A stretch of DNA of 57,492 nt from Sedimentisphaeraceae bacterium JB056 (GTDB taxonomy: Bacteria; Planctomycetota; Phycisphaerae; Sedimentisphaerales; Sedimentisphaeraceae), in contig JBITAJ010000005.1 of assembly GCA_044440125.1 (NCBI GenBank), positions 1 through 57,492 on the forward strand. The letters run 5' to 3'. Both the position numbers and the translations under genes were made by a program. Below the pieces are notes generated by a model that searched no databases, was not told the DNA's origin, and was given only the letters and a program-made list of their open reading frames with translations. Below are positions 18,259-29,147 of the stretch, piece after piece. The stretch's first letter is position 1. Each line of letters starts with the position of its first letter.

Positions 18259-19722
18259 ATGCTTAATGAAAAAATTGTCGGACATGGTATAACTTTTGAC
18301 GACGTACTGCTTTTGCCGGCAGCCAGTGATTTTGTGCCCGGTGAAGCAATAACCAAAACCAGACTGACAAACAACATAAACATAAATATACCGCTGATAT
18401 CAGCGGCAATGGACACTGTTACTGAGTCAGCATTAGCAATAGCGCTTGCACAGGAAGGCGGAATCGGCATAATCCACAAAAACCTTGACGTAGAATCGCA
18501 AAAACGTGAGGTTGAAAAGGTCAAACGTTCTGAGAACGGTGTAATTCTGGATCCTATAACACTTAATCCAAACGATACCGTAAGCAAGGCCAGACACGTG
18601 ATGGTTGAGCAGCACATATCAGGTGTACCGGTAGTTGTTGAGGGTAACAAATTAGTAGGAATTCTTACCCGCCGCGACCTGAAATTCCACAATGATGACA
18701 GCGTCAAGGTTTCAGAAGTCATGACCAAGGGCAACCTCGTGACAGGCCCTGCAGATACTACACTTGAGCAGGCGAAGGGGATACTACAGAAGCATAAAGT
18801 AGAGAAGCTTCTTCTTGTAAAAGACGAGAAACTGATGGGACTGATTACAATGCGTGATATAGATCGCGTTGAAAAGTTTCCTCTTGCAGCTAAAGATCAT
18901 AAAGGCCGTCTTCGCGTTGGTGCGGCGGCAGGCGTACACAATTACGAACGCATTGAAGCACTGATAGACGCTGAAGTGGATGTAGTAGTAATTGACACGG
19001 CTCATGGACATTCAAGAAATGTCATAGAAACCGTTCAAAACATTAAAAAGAAACATAACATTGATGTTATAGCAGGAAATATCGCTACTCCGGAAGCCGC
19101 TAAAGACCTTATTGACGCGGGTGTTAATGCTGTCAAGGTAGGTATTGGTCCAGGTGCAATATGCACAACAAGGGTAATATCAGGTGTAGGCGTTCCTCAG
19201 ATAACAGCTGTAATGGAAGTTGCAAAGGTAGCAGATCAGGCAGGTATACCTGTAATAGCTGACGGCGGAATCAAACTTTCAGGTGACATATCAAAGGCAA
19301 TAGCAGCCGGAGCGTCAAGCGTTATGCTTGGCTCAATGCTCGCAGGCCTTGCAGAAAGTCCCGGACAACTCATCATATACAAAGGCCGACAATTCAAAGA
19401 ATACAGAGGCATGGGTTCACTTGGCGCAATGGTTAAAGGATCTGCCGACAGATACGGGCAGGACAGCAACTCAGAAAAACAGAAACTCGTGCCAGAAGGA
19501 GTTGAAGGACGCGTACCTTATCGCGGCAAGCTCAGCGACTATATCTACCAGCTTGTAGGCGGTCTGAGAGCAGGAATGGGATATTGCGGCACAAAGACTA
19601 TCGAAGATTTAAGGAAAAATGCAAGATTCATGCAGGTAAGTTCAGCCTCCATAGGCGAATCGCACCCGCACGACATACAGATAACAAAAGAGTCGCCAAA
19701 CTACACCGATGCAGTAATGTAA
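18259..19722 (+). CDS. guaB: IMP dehydrogenase
   Basis: [21 protein letters not shown] pair, [17 protein letters not shown]. Confidence 0.98.
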   Translation: MLNEKIVGHGITFDDVLLLPAASDFVPGEAITKTRLTNNININIPLISAAMDTVTESALAIALAQEGGIGIIHKNLDVESQKREVEKVKRSENGVILDPITLNPNDTVSKARHVMVEQHISGVPVVVEGNKLVGILTRRDLKFHNDDSVKVSEVMTKGNLVTGPADTTLEQAKGILQKHKVEKLLLVKDEKLMGLITMRDIDRVEKFPLAAKDHKGRLRVGAAAGVHNYERIEALIDAEVDVVVIDTAHGHSRNVIETVQNIKKKHNIDVIAGNIATPEAAKDLIDAGVNAVKVGIGPGAICTTRVISGVGVPQITAVMEVAKVADQAGIPVIADGGIKLSGDISKAIAAGASSVMLGSMLAGLAESPGQLIIYKGRQFKEYRGMGSLGAMVKGSADRYGQDSNSEKQKLVPEGVEGRVPYRGKLSDYIYQLVGGLRAGMGYCGTKTIEDLRKNARFMQVSSASIGESHPHDIQITKESPNYTDAVM

Positions 19723-19785
19723 GAGGCTCTAAAAAAATATTGAAAGCATAAACAAGAAGCTTTGGCTTCACGGCCTGAGGATATA

Positions 19786-21327
19786 ATGACAAGAGAAACA
19801 ATAGCGATAATTGACTTCGGCAGTCAATATGGACAGCTTATAGCAAGGCGTGTTCGTGAACAAAACGTATTTTCAATGATATACCAGCCTTCTGTAAGCC
19901 TTGAAACGCTCAAAAAAGATGGAATTACCGGCATCATACTTTCCGGCGGCCCGGCAAGCGTGTACGCAGAAAATGCACCTACTTGCGATGAGGGGATATT
20001 CAGCCTTGGAGTACCTGTCCTCGGCATTTGCTATGGCATGCAAATCGGAAGCAAGATACTTGGTGCAAACATCGCACCTGCCCACAGCCGTGAATATGGT
20101 CGTACTGCAATAAACGTAACAAACACCGAAGACCTTCTCGAAGGCGTACCGGAAAATACAACAGTATGGATGAGTCATGGTGATCAGGTTAATGAACTCA
20201 ACAATGATTTCGAAACGCTCGCCAATACGCCAACATGCCCTTATGCGGCGGTCCGTCACAAGAAGATGCCTTTTTATGCAGTACAGTTCCATCCGGAAGT
20301 AACACATACGCCAGACGGCAAACTTATGCTTCAGAATTTCCTTTACAACATCTGCAAGTGTAAGGGTGATTGGGTAATCGGCGATTTTGTGCAGGAATGC
20401 ATAGATTCAATACGCAAGCAAGTTGGCAATGACACTGTAATCTGCGGGCTCAGCGGCGGCGTAGATTCTTCAGTTCTGGCAGCACTTCTTCACAAAGCAA
20501 TAGGCGATCAGCTTGTATGCATATTTGTAGACAACGGTCTGCTTCGTATGAATGAACGTGACGGCGTGGAAAAAATGTTCTGCGACCACTTCAAAATCAA
20601 TCTGCATGTTCTCGACTGGTCTAAGCAGTTCCTCAAAAAGCTTGCCGGTGTTACAGACCCGCAGAAAAAACGTAAAATAATAGGCGCAGAATTTATCGAA
20701 GCTTTCAAGTCTGAGGCCGACAAAATAGAAAACGCCAAATTCCTCGCTCAGGGTACTCTCTACCCAGATGTTATTGAGTCAGGAGCAAAAGACGGAAATC
20801 TTGCGGCAAATATCAAGCTGCACCACAACGTTGGCGGACTGCCTGAACAGCTTGGCTTCGACCTCGTTGAACCGCTTCGTGACCTGTTCAAGGATGAGGT
20901 AAGGCTGATGGGCGAATTCCTCGGTCTGCCTTCAGATATGGTATGGCGTCATCCATTCCCAGGACCTGGCCTTGCAGTTCGCATCATAGGTGATATAACA
21001 GAAGAAAAGCTTCGAATAGTACGTGAAGCAGACAAGATACTTATTGACGAGATAAAGGCCGCCGGTTTGTACAGGGAATTGAGCCAGACTCTTGCCGTGT
21101 TGCTGCCGATTAAGAACGTTGGCGTAATGGGTGATGAACGCAGCTATGAAAGTGTAATAGCCATCCGGTCGGTAGACACTACCGACTTCATGACTGCCGA
21201 CTTCTCACGCATCCCATACGATACACTCGGCCTTATTTCAAGCCGAATAATAAACGAAGTACGCGGTGTAAACAGAGTTGTCTACGACATATCAAGCAAG
21301 CCGCCGTCAACTATCGAGTGGGAATAA
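19786..21327 (+). CDS. guaA: GMP synthase (glutamine-hydrolysing)
   Basis: [46 protein letters not shown]19786 preferred. Confidence 0.98.
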   Translation: MTRETIAIIDFGSQYGQLIARRVREQNVFSMIYQPSVSLETLKKDGITGIILSGGPASVYAENAPTCDEGIFSLGVPVLGICYGMQIGSKILGANIAPAHSREYGRTAINVTNTEDLLEGVPENTTVWMSHGDQVNELNNDFETLANTPTCPYAAVRHKKMPFYAVQFHPEVTHTPDGKLMLQNFLYNICKCKGDWVIGDFVQECIDSIRKQVGNDTVICGLSGGVDSSVLAALLHKAIGDQLVCIFVDNGLLRMNERDGVEKMFCDHFKINLHVLDWSKQFLKKLAGVTDPQKKRKIIGAEFIEAFKSEADKIENAKFLAQGTLYPDVIESGAKDGNLAANIKLHHNVGGLPEQLGFDLVEPLRDLFKDEVRLMGEFLGLPSDMVWRHPFPGPGLAVRIIGDITEEKLRIVREADKILIDEIKAAGLYRELSQTLAVLLPIKNVGVMGDERSYESVIAIRSVDTTDFMTADFSRIPYDTLGLISSRIINEVRGVNRVVYDISSKPPSTIEWE

Positions 21328-21350
21328 TACACTCAACAGGAAAACATCAG

Positions 21351-21388
21351 AAGAGGCATGTAATGTTAAATTGCATGTCTCTTTTTTT
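21351..21388 (+). terminator. Terminator after guaA
   Basis: aagaggcatgtaa…ttgcatgtctctt followed by a T-tract. Confidence 0.7.
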
Positions 21389-21405
21389 GGTCGTACAAAA
21401 AAAGG

Positions 21406-22380
21406 TCAAACATAAATTGGACTAAGCGATTCGTAATCTGTCGTGCCGACACCTGCTTCTTCTGCCATCTTCAAGTAAGTCAGTTTATCGGTTCCTGTCC
21501 CAATAAGTGATGCGCCGATAGTATCGGCGGCAACCTGATCGCAACTTGCAATCAAAGTATTAGTGGCCTTCAGATCAGCAGTACTGCCGCCCGTAGGGCC
21601 ATTTGATATCATTGAAGTAACCCCATCCAGAATAACAAGTGTTGGACGAACCATCATTGCCAACTCCTTGATAATAGCATTGATATTCTGATGGAATATG
21701 TTTCGTCTGCCGCCAAGCAAACCATACCAGTTCTTCATACTCATTGATGCTCCGCTTCTGTGATGATGCTTCACCGGAGTAATCCCAATGAGCTTGTTTG
21801 CCCGTTTGAGAGGCTCATAAAAAAGCGGCCAGTTCTTTATCAAACTTCCGCCTTCAAGCGTTGTATGGCTGAAATATCGCTCCTGCGGCAAAATTATCCT
21901 TGCACCAGCTTCTGTCGCCGCCTTTTCAATACCTGATAGCAGCAGGCAGCTTTGCGGATCGTTTATAGGATTATCACCAACAAGCACCTCTCTGGCACCA
22001 GCCTTATAGCAAAGTTTGACAACCTCGGCAATCAAGACAGGGTTAGTCGTAGCACCAAGCATCGCAGGACTCGCAAAGGCGATATTCGGCTTTATCATCA
22101 CAACATCACCCTTACTGACAAATCTTTCAATACCTCCAAGAGCTTCAATTGCCTTATTAACGAGATCTGTTCGATCACTGCCCCTGGCAACACTTATCAC
22201 CTTACCCTCAACATGCGGCACAGAGAAATCTGGGACATTTACCTGATTATGTTCAGCATCAACATCTGCTGTATTATCATAAAAAAACCAGCTTGCCGCA
22301 CCAACGACTCCGACAGCTGCCGCCGCCCCGCCTGCCCGCTTCATGAATTGTCGTCTGTTATTCATCCTTCTGCCCTCCAA
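21406..22380 (-). CDS. DUF362 domain protein with Tat signal
   Basis: NRRQFMK twin-Arg motif; VMIKPNI…ATTNP, VKHH…SMKNWYG. Confidence 0.8.
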   Translation of the reverse strand: MEGRRMNNRRQFMKRAGGAAAAVGVVGAASWFFYDNTADVDAEHNQVNVPDFSVPHVEGKVISVARGSDRTDLVNKAIEALGGIERFVSKGDVVMIKPNIAFASPAMLGATTNPVLIAEVVKLCYKAGAREVLVGDNPINDPQSCLLLSGIEKAATEAGARIILPQERYFSHTTLEGGSLIKNWPLFYEPLKRANKLIGITPVKHHHRSGASMSMKNWYGLLGGRRNIFHQNINAIIKELAMMVRPTLVILDGVTSMISNGPTGGSTADLKATNTLIASCDQVAADTIGASLIGTGTDKLTYLKMAEEAGVGTTDYESLSPIYV

Positions 22381-23326
22381 TCAACATCTTTATAAGCTCA
22401 ATTGCCGCCTGATAATCATCTGCTTCGTGAACACCAATAAGAGAACCATCATTAAGCATTATAAGTTCATAGACACCGAAAAGGTCATAAACATCTATAC
22501 CATCTTCATCACTGACCTTCTCAGCCCCACTTTCAGCCATGAACGACTCAAACTTAGCCGCGGCATTCTCACCATCTGGTATAACAAATATCGTCATACG
22601 CCGGCCATCAAGCTCGTAATCCCTTATATAAACCTCACCAAGCCCGCCAATTCCGAAAGCTCCATCAAGATACATTTTGAAACTGCCCTCAACAGCATTC
22701 GAATCCGGCAGCACCTCAGGCACAGGCAAAAGAGAATTTTCAGGACTCTCAAGCATCGCGATATCGCTTATGTCCGCGGCAAGAGCATCAAGCATCTCTT
22801 CATTCTCAGCCGATGCACTTATCTCAAAATAATCATTACCGGCAGCCATATACATTCCCGAAGTGGTTTTGTAGAAATGTTCAGCAGACAGTCCTTCTAC
22901 TGGTCTTGCCTTCGCTCGTTTCTGCGTACTGTAAACATAAAAAGCTGCCTTTGGTGTTGACATCCTGTATCGATATATCTCCACCCATATATCAGGCTGT
23001 GCGGTAAAAGTATAACGCTGGGTCAAAAGTTCCTCGAATCCGGCCTCTGTATATAAAGGTGCCTTACCGTTGATCTTCTCGTAGAGAGTATCAGGCGAAT
23101 AGACCTCTGCTTCGGACAAAACAGTAAACTTATCGGACACCGCAAACCCGCCACTGCTCTCACTGACCTGACCTGTTACAGCATCTTCACCGGTAATTAT
23201 GCCAAAACGGCCAAGATCATAATGCCCCTGCATATACAGTATCACGGCGACTATCACCACAATCACCGCCATCGTAATAATACTGACAAGAGTTTCAACC
23301 GTTCTGTTAAGCTTGTTTTCACTCAT
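22358..23326 (-). CDS. Membrane-anchored hypothetical protein (DUF6599-like)
   Basis: N-terminal TM helix; YSPDTLYEKINGKAPLY and VEIYRY motifs. Confidence 0.6.
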   Translation of the reverse strand: MSENKLNRTVETLVSIITMAVIVVIVAVILYMQGHYDLGRFGIITGEDAVTGQVSESSGGFAVSDKFTVLSEAEVYSPDTLYEKINGKAPLYTEAGFEELLTQRYTFTAQPDIWVEIYRYRMSTPKAAFYVYSTQKRAKARPVEGLSAEHFYKTTSGMYMAAGNDYFEISASAENEEMLDALAADISDIAMLESPENSLLPVPEVLPDSNAVEGSFKMYLDGAFGIGGLGEVYIRDYELDGRRMTIFVIPDGENAAAKFESFMAESGAEKVSDEDGIDVYDLFGVYELIMLNDGSLIGVHEADDYQAAIELIKMLIGGQKDE

Positions 23327-23754
23327 AAGAAAATCCTACAACATAAATTCCTGAACCTTTCGATTTTCTACTATGATATGATAATAAGCCCATTTTGTCC
23401 ATAAAAAACCACTATCGTTAGGGTCACAAATTCAGCATACAGAAAACTTTAAAATATTCAACTTTAGTGACGAACAACCATTTTTTTTAACCGTATCTTC
23501 ATCACTTGTTAACGAATAGTATATATAAAACTTTTTTAAGATGGCATTAAATGGCTGGAGTCATGAGATATTGAAAAAAAACTTCAAATATCTGATTTTG
23601 TGGGGTTAATTTGATTGACAAATCTTAGAAAAAACATTTAATATTGCCTCACTTGTTTTTATGTATAAAACTCCTTACAGTAAGGCGTTATTATAATGGT
23701 AGTATGATCGTTTAAGTTTTTTTTATAAACCTTTAATTATAAGAGGGATAAGAG

Positions 23755-24354
23755 TTGAATTATGCTGTTAAAGAACCACTACAGATAGCTGCCTGGACTC
23801 AACCTGATGCAGTTATCTCAAACGTCGTAATCGGTACAAGAATACCGAAGGATTTTTTCATCACCAAAGGCCGTGGCGAGTCGGACATTACAATACATGC
23901 CGGATCGTACCACCTTGCACTGCGTGAAGCGGGCATCGAGATGTGCAATATAATGACATACTCCTCGATTCTACCGCCTATCGCCAACGAAATTCCCCGT
24001 CCTCAGGTACTCAACCACGGGTCGGTAATGGAGTGCATCATGGCCGTAGCTGATAAGCAAAGGGGCGAGCGGGCCACTGCCGGAATCATTTTCGGCTGGC
24101 TCTACAATAAACAGACCGGCAAAAAGCACGGCGGCCTCGTTTGCGAATACAATGGAAGCAAGCTTGAAGAAGAAGCTCGCGAGGAACTGCGTCAGAGTCT
24201 TAATGAGCTATATACCAATGGTTACAGCGACGACTTCGACCTCAGAAATATAGAGCTTATAAGCGACAGTTTCGTGCCGGAGAAGAAATACGGCTCGTGC
24301 CTTATAAGCCTGTGCTTCACAAATTACGTATGCCCGATACTTCCATCGGCATAA
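23755..24354 (+). CDS. Pyruvoyl-dependent arginine decarboxylase
   Basis: ALREAGIEMCNIMTYSSILPP (Ser-Ser self-cleavage site), GGLVCEY; adjacent to agmatinase. Confidence 0.85.
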   Translation: MNYAVKEPLQIAAWTQPDAVISNVVIGTRIPKDFFITKGRGESDITIHAGSYHLALREAGIEMCNIMTYSSILPPIANEIPRPQVLNHGSVMECIMAVADKQRGERATAGIIFGWLYNKQTGKKHGGLVCEYNGSKLEEEAREELRQSLNELYTNGYSDDFDLRNIELISDSFVPEKKYGSCLISLCFTNYVCPILPSA

Positions 24355-24357
24355 CGA

Positions 24358-25221
24358 ATGCACGTAATGAATACCAAATTACAATTTGGCGATTTTGAAA
24401 CGGAACTGACCACCTGGGAAAACTCCCGGGTGGTCATTTTGCCTGCGCCTTTCGATGCCACAAGCACCTGGATCAAAGGTTCCGACAAAGGCCCCGCCGC
24501 CCTGCTTGATGCTTCGTACAACCTCGAGTTCTACGACATAGAGACAGACAGCGAGGTTTACAAAGGCGGGATATTCACCGATACGCCGCTTGAATGCGGC
24601 TGTTGCCCCGAAAAGATGAGCGGGGACGTAAAAGCAAAGATAGCCTCATATATCGATGCCGGTAAATTCGCCGTAACAATCGGCGGCGAGCATTCGGTGA
24701 GTATCGGCGCTATACAGGCACATTGCGGAAAATACGACAATGTTACCGTACTCCAGCTTGATGCCCACAGCGATCTGCGTCAGGAATATCACGGCTCGAA
24801 ATATAATCATGCCTGCGTAATGGCAAGAGCCGCCGAAATAGCCCCGATATTGCAGGTTGGCATAAGGAGCATGGATATATGCGAAAAGCCGTATATGAAT
24901 ACGGAAAATGTCTTTTTTGCCAAAGATATTCACGGCAGAACCGACTGGATAGACAGCCTTTGCTCTAAGCTTACAGAAAATGTCTATATAACGATAGACC
25001 TTGATGCCTTCGACAGCTCAATCATGCCCTCAACCGGCACACCGGAACCGGGCGGAATGGGTTGGTGGCAGGTGCTTACACTGCTGAAGGCAGTAGCACA
25101 AAAAGCTAATATCGTAGGGTTTGACATAGTAGAGCTTTGCCCTAATGAACACAACAAAGCCCCAGACTTCCTCGCCGCAAAACTACTCTACAAGCTCCTG
25201 ACATATAAGTTTGAGCTTTAA
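24358..25221 (+). CDS. speB: Agmatinase
   Basis: GGEHSV, DAHSDLR, DLDAFD, TGTPEPGG. Confidence 0.93.
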   Translation: MHVMNTKLQFGDFETELTTWENSRVVILPAPFDATSTWIKGSDKGPAALLDASYNLEFYDIETDSEVYKGGIFTDTPLECGCCPEKMSGDVKAKIASYIDAGKFAVTIGGEHSVSIGAIQAHCGKYDNVTVLQLDAHSDLRQEYHGSKYNHACVMARAAEIAPILQVGIRSMDICEKPYMNTENVFFAKDIHGRTDWIDSLCSKLTENVYITIDLDAFDSSIMPSTGTPEPGGMGWWQVLTLLKAVAQKANIVGFDIVELCPNEHNKAPDFLAAKLLYKLLTYKFEL

Positions 25222-25230
25222 TGTTTTGGT

Positions 25231-26328
25231 CTACTTTTGCGTTGATTTACGCACAATGATTTTACCTGCAAGCTGAATACCTTTGGCAGGAGAATCTTCA
25301 TTTTCTATACGATGAACCATGGTTTCTAATGCTGCTTTTGCTATTTCCTTGTATGGCTGCTGGTAGGTAGTAAGTGTAGGGCACAGATATTTTGAGTAAG
25401 GCAAATCATCAATACCTGTTACCATTATCTCATCAGGTACACTAACCTTCTTTTTTAATAAACCCTGCATCAGTATTGCAGCGGTACTGTCGTTAGCACA
25501 TACAACCGCATCCGGTTTACCCCTTAGAATCTTCGATATAGTATCTGCATCAAGTGGGGTTTCGATATGTACGTCATTTTCATTACACGTCAGACCGGAG
25601 CCAATTACAGCTTCTCTATATCCGGCCATGCGTATGAATACACTTGGTGCAGAAAAGGGTTTGGCGACAAATGCAATTCTTTTAGCTCCCTGTTCAATAA
25701 GGTGTTGTGCGATTACATAACCTGTGCGGAAATTGTCAAGGCTTACGAAATCGTACTCACTGCGTAGTGGGAAATCAACAATATCTCTGTCGATCAGAAC
25801 AATATTAATATTGTGACTCTTTAAAATCTCGGTGATTCGTAAGTTTATCTGCTCTTTTTCTGCTACAAGTTCAAGCGGAGTAAAAAATACTCCATCAACT
25901 TTTTCCTCTATATATCTGTAAGCTAATTGTTCGAGTTTTGCGGCTCGTTCCTTTGGACCGCTGTCCATAGAGCCGTACCAGACGAGCTTGAAATTTTCAG
26001 TTTGTGCAAGATGCGAGAGATGCCCGCATATCTGGTCAAAAATCTCGGTCTCGCCAAGACCAGGCACAAGAAGTCCAAATTTGAACCGTTTCTTCAGGCC
26101 GGGGGAATTGTATTTAACGAAAGTTCCTGAACCTATCTTACGCTCAACAAGCCCTACTGATTCAAGCTCATTCAGTGCCCTTGCAACAGTAGGACGTGAG
26201 GCATTGAATCTTTTGCAAAGTTCCTTGTCAGAGGGCAGTTTGAAACCGAACATGTATTTGTCAGTTTTAATCTCGCGTTCAATAGTATTGAAGATTACAT
26301 CGCACTTTTTAAGTTTATGTGTAGCCAT
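25231..26328 (-). CDS. GntR-HTH / LacI-type sugar-binding regulator (AraR-like)
   Basis: LPSDKELCKRFNASRPTVARAL…GSGTFV followed by a periplasmic-binding-fold domain. Confidence 0.9.
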   Translation of the reverse strand: MATHKLKKCDVIFNTIEREIKTDKYMFGFKLPSDKELCKRFNASRPTVARALNELESVGLVERKIGSGTFVKYNSPGLKKRFKFGLLVPGLGETEIFDQICGHLSHLAQTENFKLVWYGSMDSGPKERAAKLEQLAYRYIEEKVDGVFFTPLELVAEKEQINLRITEILKSHNINIVLIDRDIVDFPLRSEYDFVSLDNFRTGYVIAQHLIEQGAKRIAFVAKPFSAPSVFIRMAGYREAVIGSGLTCNENDVHIETPLDADTISKILRGKPDAVVCANDSTAAILMQGLLKKKVSVPDEIMVTGIDDLPYSKYLCPTLTTYQQPYKEIAKAALETMVHRIENEDSPAKGIQLAGKIIVRKSTQK

Positions 26329-26568
26329 TATAGTATTTCGTAAAGTTTTTTTATTTTACATATATGATATATTATTATACCAATTCTACAAATATAAAAT
26401 CGAAAAACGACTTTTTAACCTATTTTTCACTTGCTCTATATGTAAAAAATTGTGACATTAATATATGATTTAAGTATTGATGTTGATTTTTGACAATATA
26501 TACTAAACCATGCTTTTTGATAAGCGACAAAATTTATAATCAAAATCCGATAGCGAGTGTGATACTAT

Positions 26569-28182
26569 ATGAAGACAACAATTAAAGCAGAGAAAAAATA
26601 TCTGAATATACCTGTTAATAATGAGGCATCACAGGAACGGGTATTCGTATATGTTGACGGCAAGATAGATTATTACTTCGATCTCCAGCTTGCAAATAAG
26701 GGAGAAGCAGATTTCTGGGTGTATATGGATATAGGTCGTTATGCAGGATGTGAGATTACGCTCAAAACAACGAGGGATTCAGCAACCGATCCCGAAGCAT
26801 TCAACCAGCTTTACCAAAGTGATGAACCTAAAGAGGCGGCAAGCTTCTACAAAGAAAAAAAACGCCCGCAGCTTCATTTCACCAGCAAACGCGGTTGGCT
26901 CAATGATCCCAACGGGCTTGTTTATTATAAGGGTGAGTATCATCTTTTCTATCAGCACAATCCCTACGGCTGGAAATGGGGGAATATGCACTGGGGCCAT
27001 GCCGTAAGCAAAGACCTGGTGCATTGGGCAGAGCTTGGAGATGCTTTACTGTCTGACGAGCTTGGTACGATATATTCCGGTTCGGCAGTGGTTGACTGGG
27101 ATAATACAAGCGGCTTCGGCAGTGATGGTGAGCCGCCAATTGTCGCAATATATACTGCTGCAGGTAATCATGCTCCCGTAGAGGTTCCGTTTACTCAGTG
27201 CATTGCCTACAGTAATGATAAAGGCAGAACATGGAATAAGTATTCAGGCAATCCTGTTCTGGGGCATATAAGAGACAGTAACCGTGATCCTAAAGTTATC
27301 TGGCATGAGCAATCAAAAAAATGGATAATGGCATTGTTTATAGATGGCAAGGATTACAGTTTGTTTTCTTCGCCGGATCTGAAAAACTGGAAAAAGCTTA
27401 GTGATTTTGAGGGTGGCTATGAATGCCCAGATTTCTTCCCTATGATGCTTGATGGCAATCCTGATGAAATTAAATGGGTATTCTGGACTGCCGATGGTAC
27501 ATATTTCTTAGGAAGTTTTGACGGAACAACGTTTACGCCTGAGACAGGTATGAAAAGATGTTACGATGGCGGCAATGTTTATGCCGGTCAGACTTTCAGC
27601 GACATTCCCGATTCTGACGGTCGTCGTATTCACATCCCATGGCTTAGGGAGCCTGGCAAGGCTTTTGTCGGTATGCGGTTTAATCAGCAGATGGGATTCC
27701 CGGTAGAGTTTACACTGAGGTCAACTTCACAGGGAGCGGCTATTTTTACATGGCCTGTTCAAGAGATAGAGAATATTTATGCAGAAACTCACAAATTCGT
27801 GAACAAAACTCTCTCTTCAGAGAATAATCTGTTTGACGATTTTGATGATGATATGCTCGATATATATGCAGAGTTTGAAATAGAGGATAATGATGCCGTG
27901 TTCGGATTCGAGATAAAGGGGCAGCGATTCGTTTATGACTGTAAGAAGAGTGAAATAGATGCGATGGGACAGGTTGCCCATATTGCCCCTCAAAACGGCA
28001 GGATTAACATGCGTATACTTGTTGATCGCGTATCCATAGAGTTCTTTGCAGGCGATGGACTGGTTTATATGCCGTTCTGTCTCCCTTCGCCCGAGAAAGA
28101 GTCTCCGAGGATATTCTCAGAAGGAGGCAGCAGCAGGCTTGTCACACTCGTTGTTAATAAACTTGAAAGCATATGGGATTGA
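26569..28182 (+). CDS. GH32 levanase/beta-fructofuranosidase
   Basis: WLNDPNG, WGHAVS, SGSA, RDPKV, ECPDF. Confidence 0.95.
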   Translation: MKTTIKAEKKYLNIPVNNEASQERVFVYVDGKIDYYFDLQLANKGEADFWVYMDIGRYAGCEITLKTTRDSATDPEAFNQLYQSDEPKEAASFYKEKKRPQLHFTSKRGWLNDPNGLVYYKGEYHLFYQHNPYGWKWGNMHWGHAVSKDLVHWAELGDALLSDELGTIYSGSAVVDWDNTSGFGSDGEPPIVAIYTAAGNHAPVEVPFTQCIAYSNDKGRTWNKYSGNPVLGHIRDSNRDPKVIWHEQSKKWIMALFIDGKDYSLFSSPDLKNWKKLSDFEGGYECPDFFPMMLDGNPDEIKWVFWTADGTYFLGSFDGTTFTPETGMKRCYDGGNVYAGQTFSDIPDSDGRRIHIPWLREPGKAFVGMRFNQQMGFPVEFTLRSTSQGAAIFTWPVQEIENIYAETHKFVNKTLSSENNLFDDFDDDMLDIYAEFEIEDNDAVFGFEIKGQRFVYDCKKSEIDAMGQVAHIAPQNGRINMRILVDRVSIEFFAGDGLVYMPFCLPSPEKESPRIFSEGGSSRLVTLVVNKLESIWD

Positions 28183-28185
28183 TTA

Positions 28186-29079
28186 ATGAATAACGGAAAA
28201 ATTAAAGTGCTCTCTTTTGGAGAGGTATTGTTTGATGTTATAAACGGCAAAGAGCATCTTGGCGGAGCTTCCATGAATTTTGCGGCTCATCTTTCAAGGC
28301 TTGGAGTTGAAGCCTATATTCTTTCAGCTTGCGGCAATGATGAACGCGGCAGTATTGCTCGCCGGCAGATAAAAGACCTTGGTATCTCTCTTGATTTCCT
28401 CAACACTACAAATGGCTACCAAACCGGAATAGTTGATGTTCAGCTCCAGAACGGCCAGCCCTCTTATGATATCGTTCAGGACGTTGCCTACGATCATATT
28501 GTTTATTCAAAAGAGCAATTGGCTGATATGGCTTCGATAGGAGCAGATGCGTTCTATTTCGGTTCGCTTGCTCAGAGAAATGAGGTTTCCCGTAGTACAC
28601 TGCATGAGATTTTAGATGCATTTGAGGGTAGATGTGTGTTTTATGACGTTAATTTGCGTCAGGATTACTACAGCAAAGAGCTTATTGAGAAATCATTCAG
28701 CTATACTACAATTCTGAAAATAAACGATGAAGAATTGCCTGTGATTTCAGAGCTTCTTTTTGAAGTTAAGCTAAGCGAGGCGGATTTTTACAGCAAGATC
28801 AGCAGCCTATACAGCATAGAATTGCTGGTCGTAACCAAAGGAGGCGAGGGTTGCAGTGTTTTCTGGCCGCAAAGCAGTGAGCATATCGCACCGGTCAAAG
28901 TCAAGGTTGCTGATGCCGTTGGAGCCGGTGATTCATTCAGTGCCGCATTCGTATACAACTATCTTTCCGGCATAGCTGCCGGCAAAGCTGCACATCTTGC
29001 AAACAAGCTTGGCGCATTTGTCGCCAGCCGAAATGGTGCCATACCAGACTACAATCCCAAAGAAATATTCAGCGAATAG
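28186..29079 (+). CDS. PfkB-family carbohydrate kinase (fructokinase)
   Basis: FGEVLFD, GGASMN, DVNLR, DAVGAGDSF. Confidence 0.92.
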   Translation: MNNGKIKVLSFGEVLFDVINGKEHLGGASMNFAAHLSRLGVEAYILSACGNDERGSIARRQIKDLGISLDFLNTTNGYQTGIVDVQLQNGQPSYDIVQDVAYDHIVYSKEQLADMASIGADAFYFGSLAQRNEVSRSTLHEILDAFEGRCVFYDVNLRQDYYSKELIEKSFSYTTILKINDEELPVISELLFEVKLSEADFYSKISSLYSIELLVVTKGGEGCSVFWPQSSEHIAPVKVKVADAVGAGDSFSAAFVYNYLSGIAAGKAAHLANKLGAFVASRNGAIPDYNPKEIFSE

Positions 29080-29147
29080 ATTTAAAAAAATCTCCGACAA
29101 GCATTCGCCTATCGGAAATTTAATTTTTTATTTTGATCTGGCTAAAA

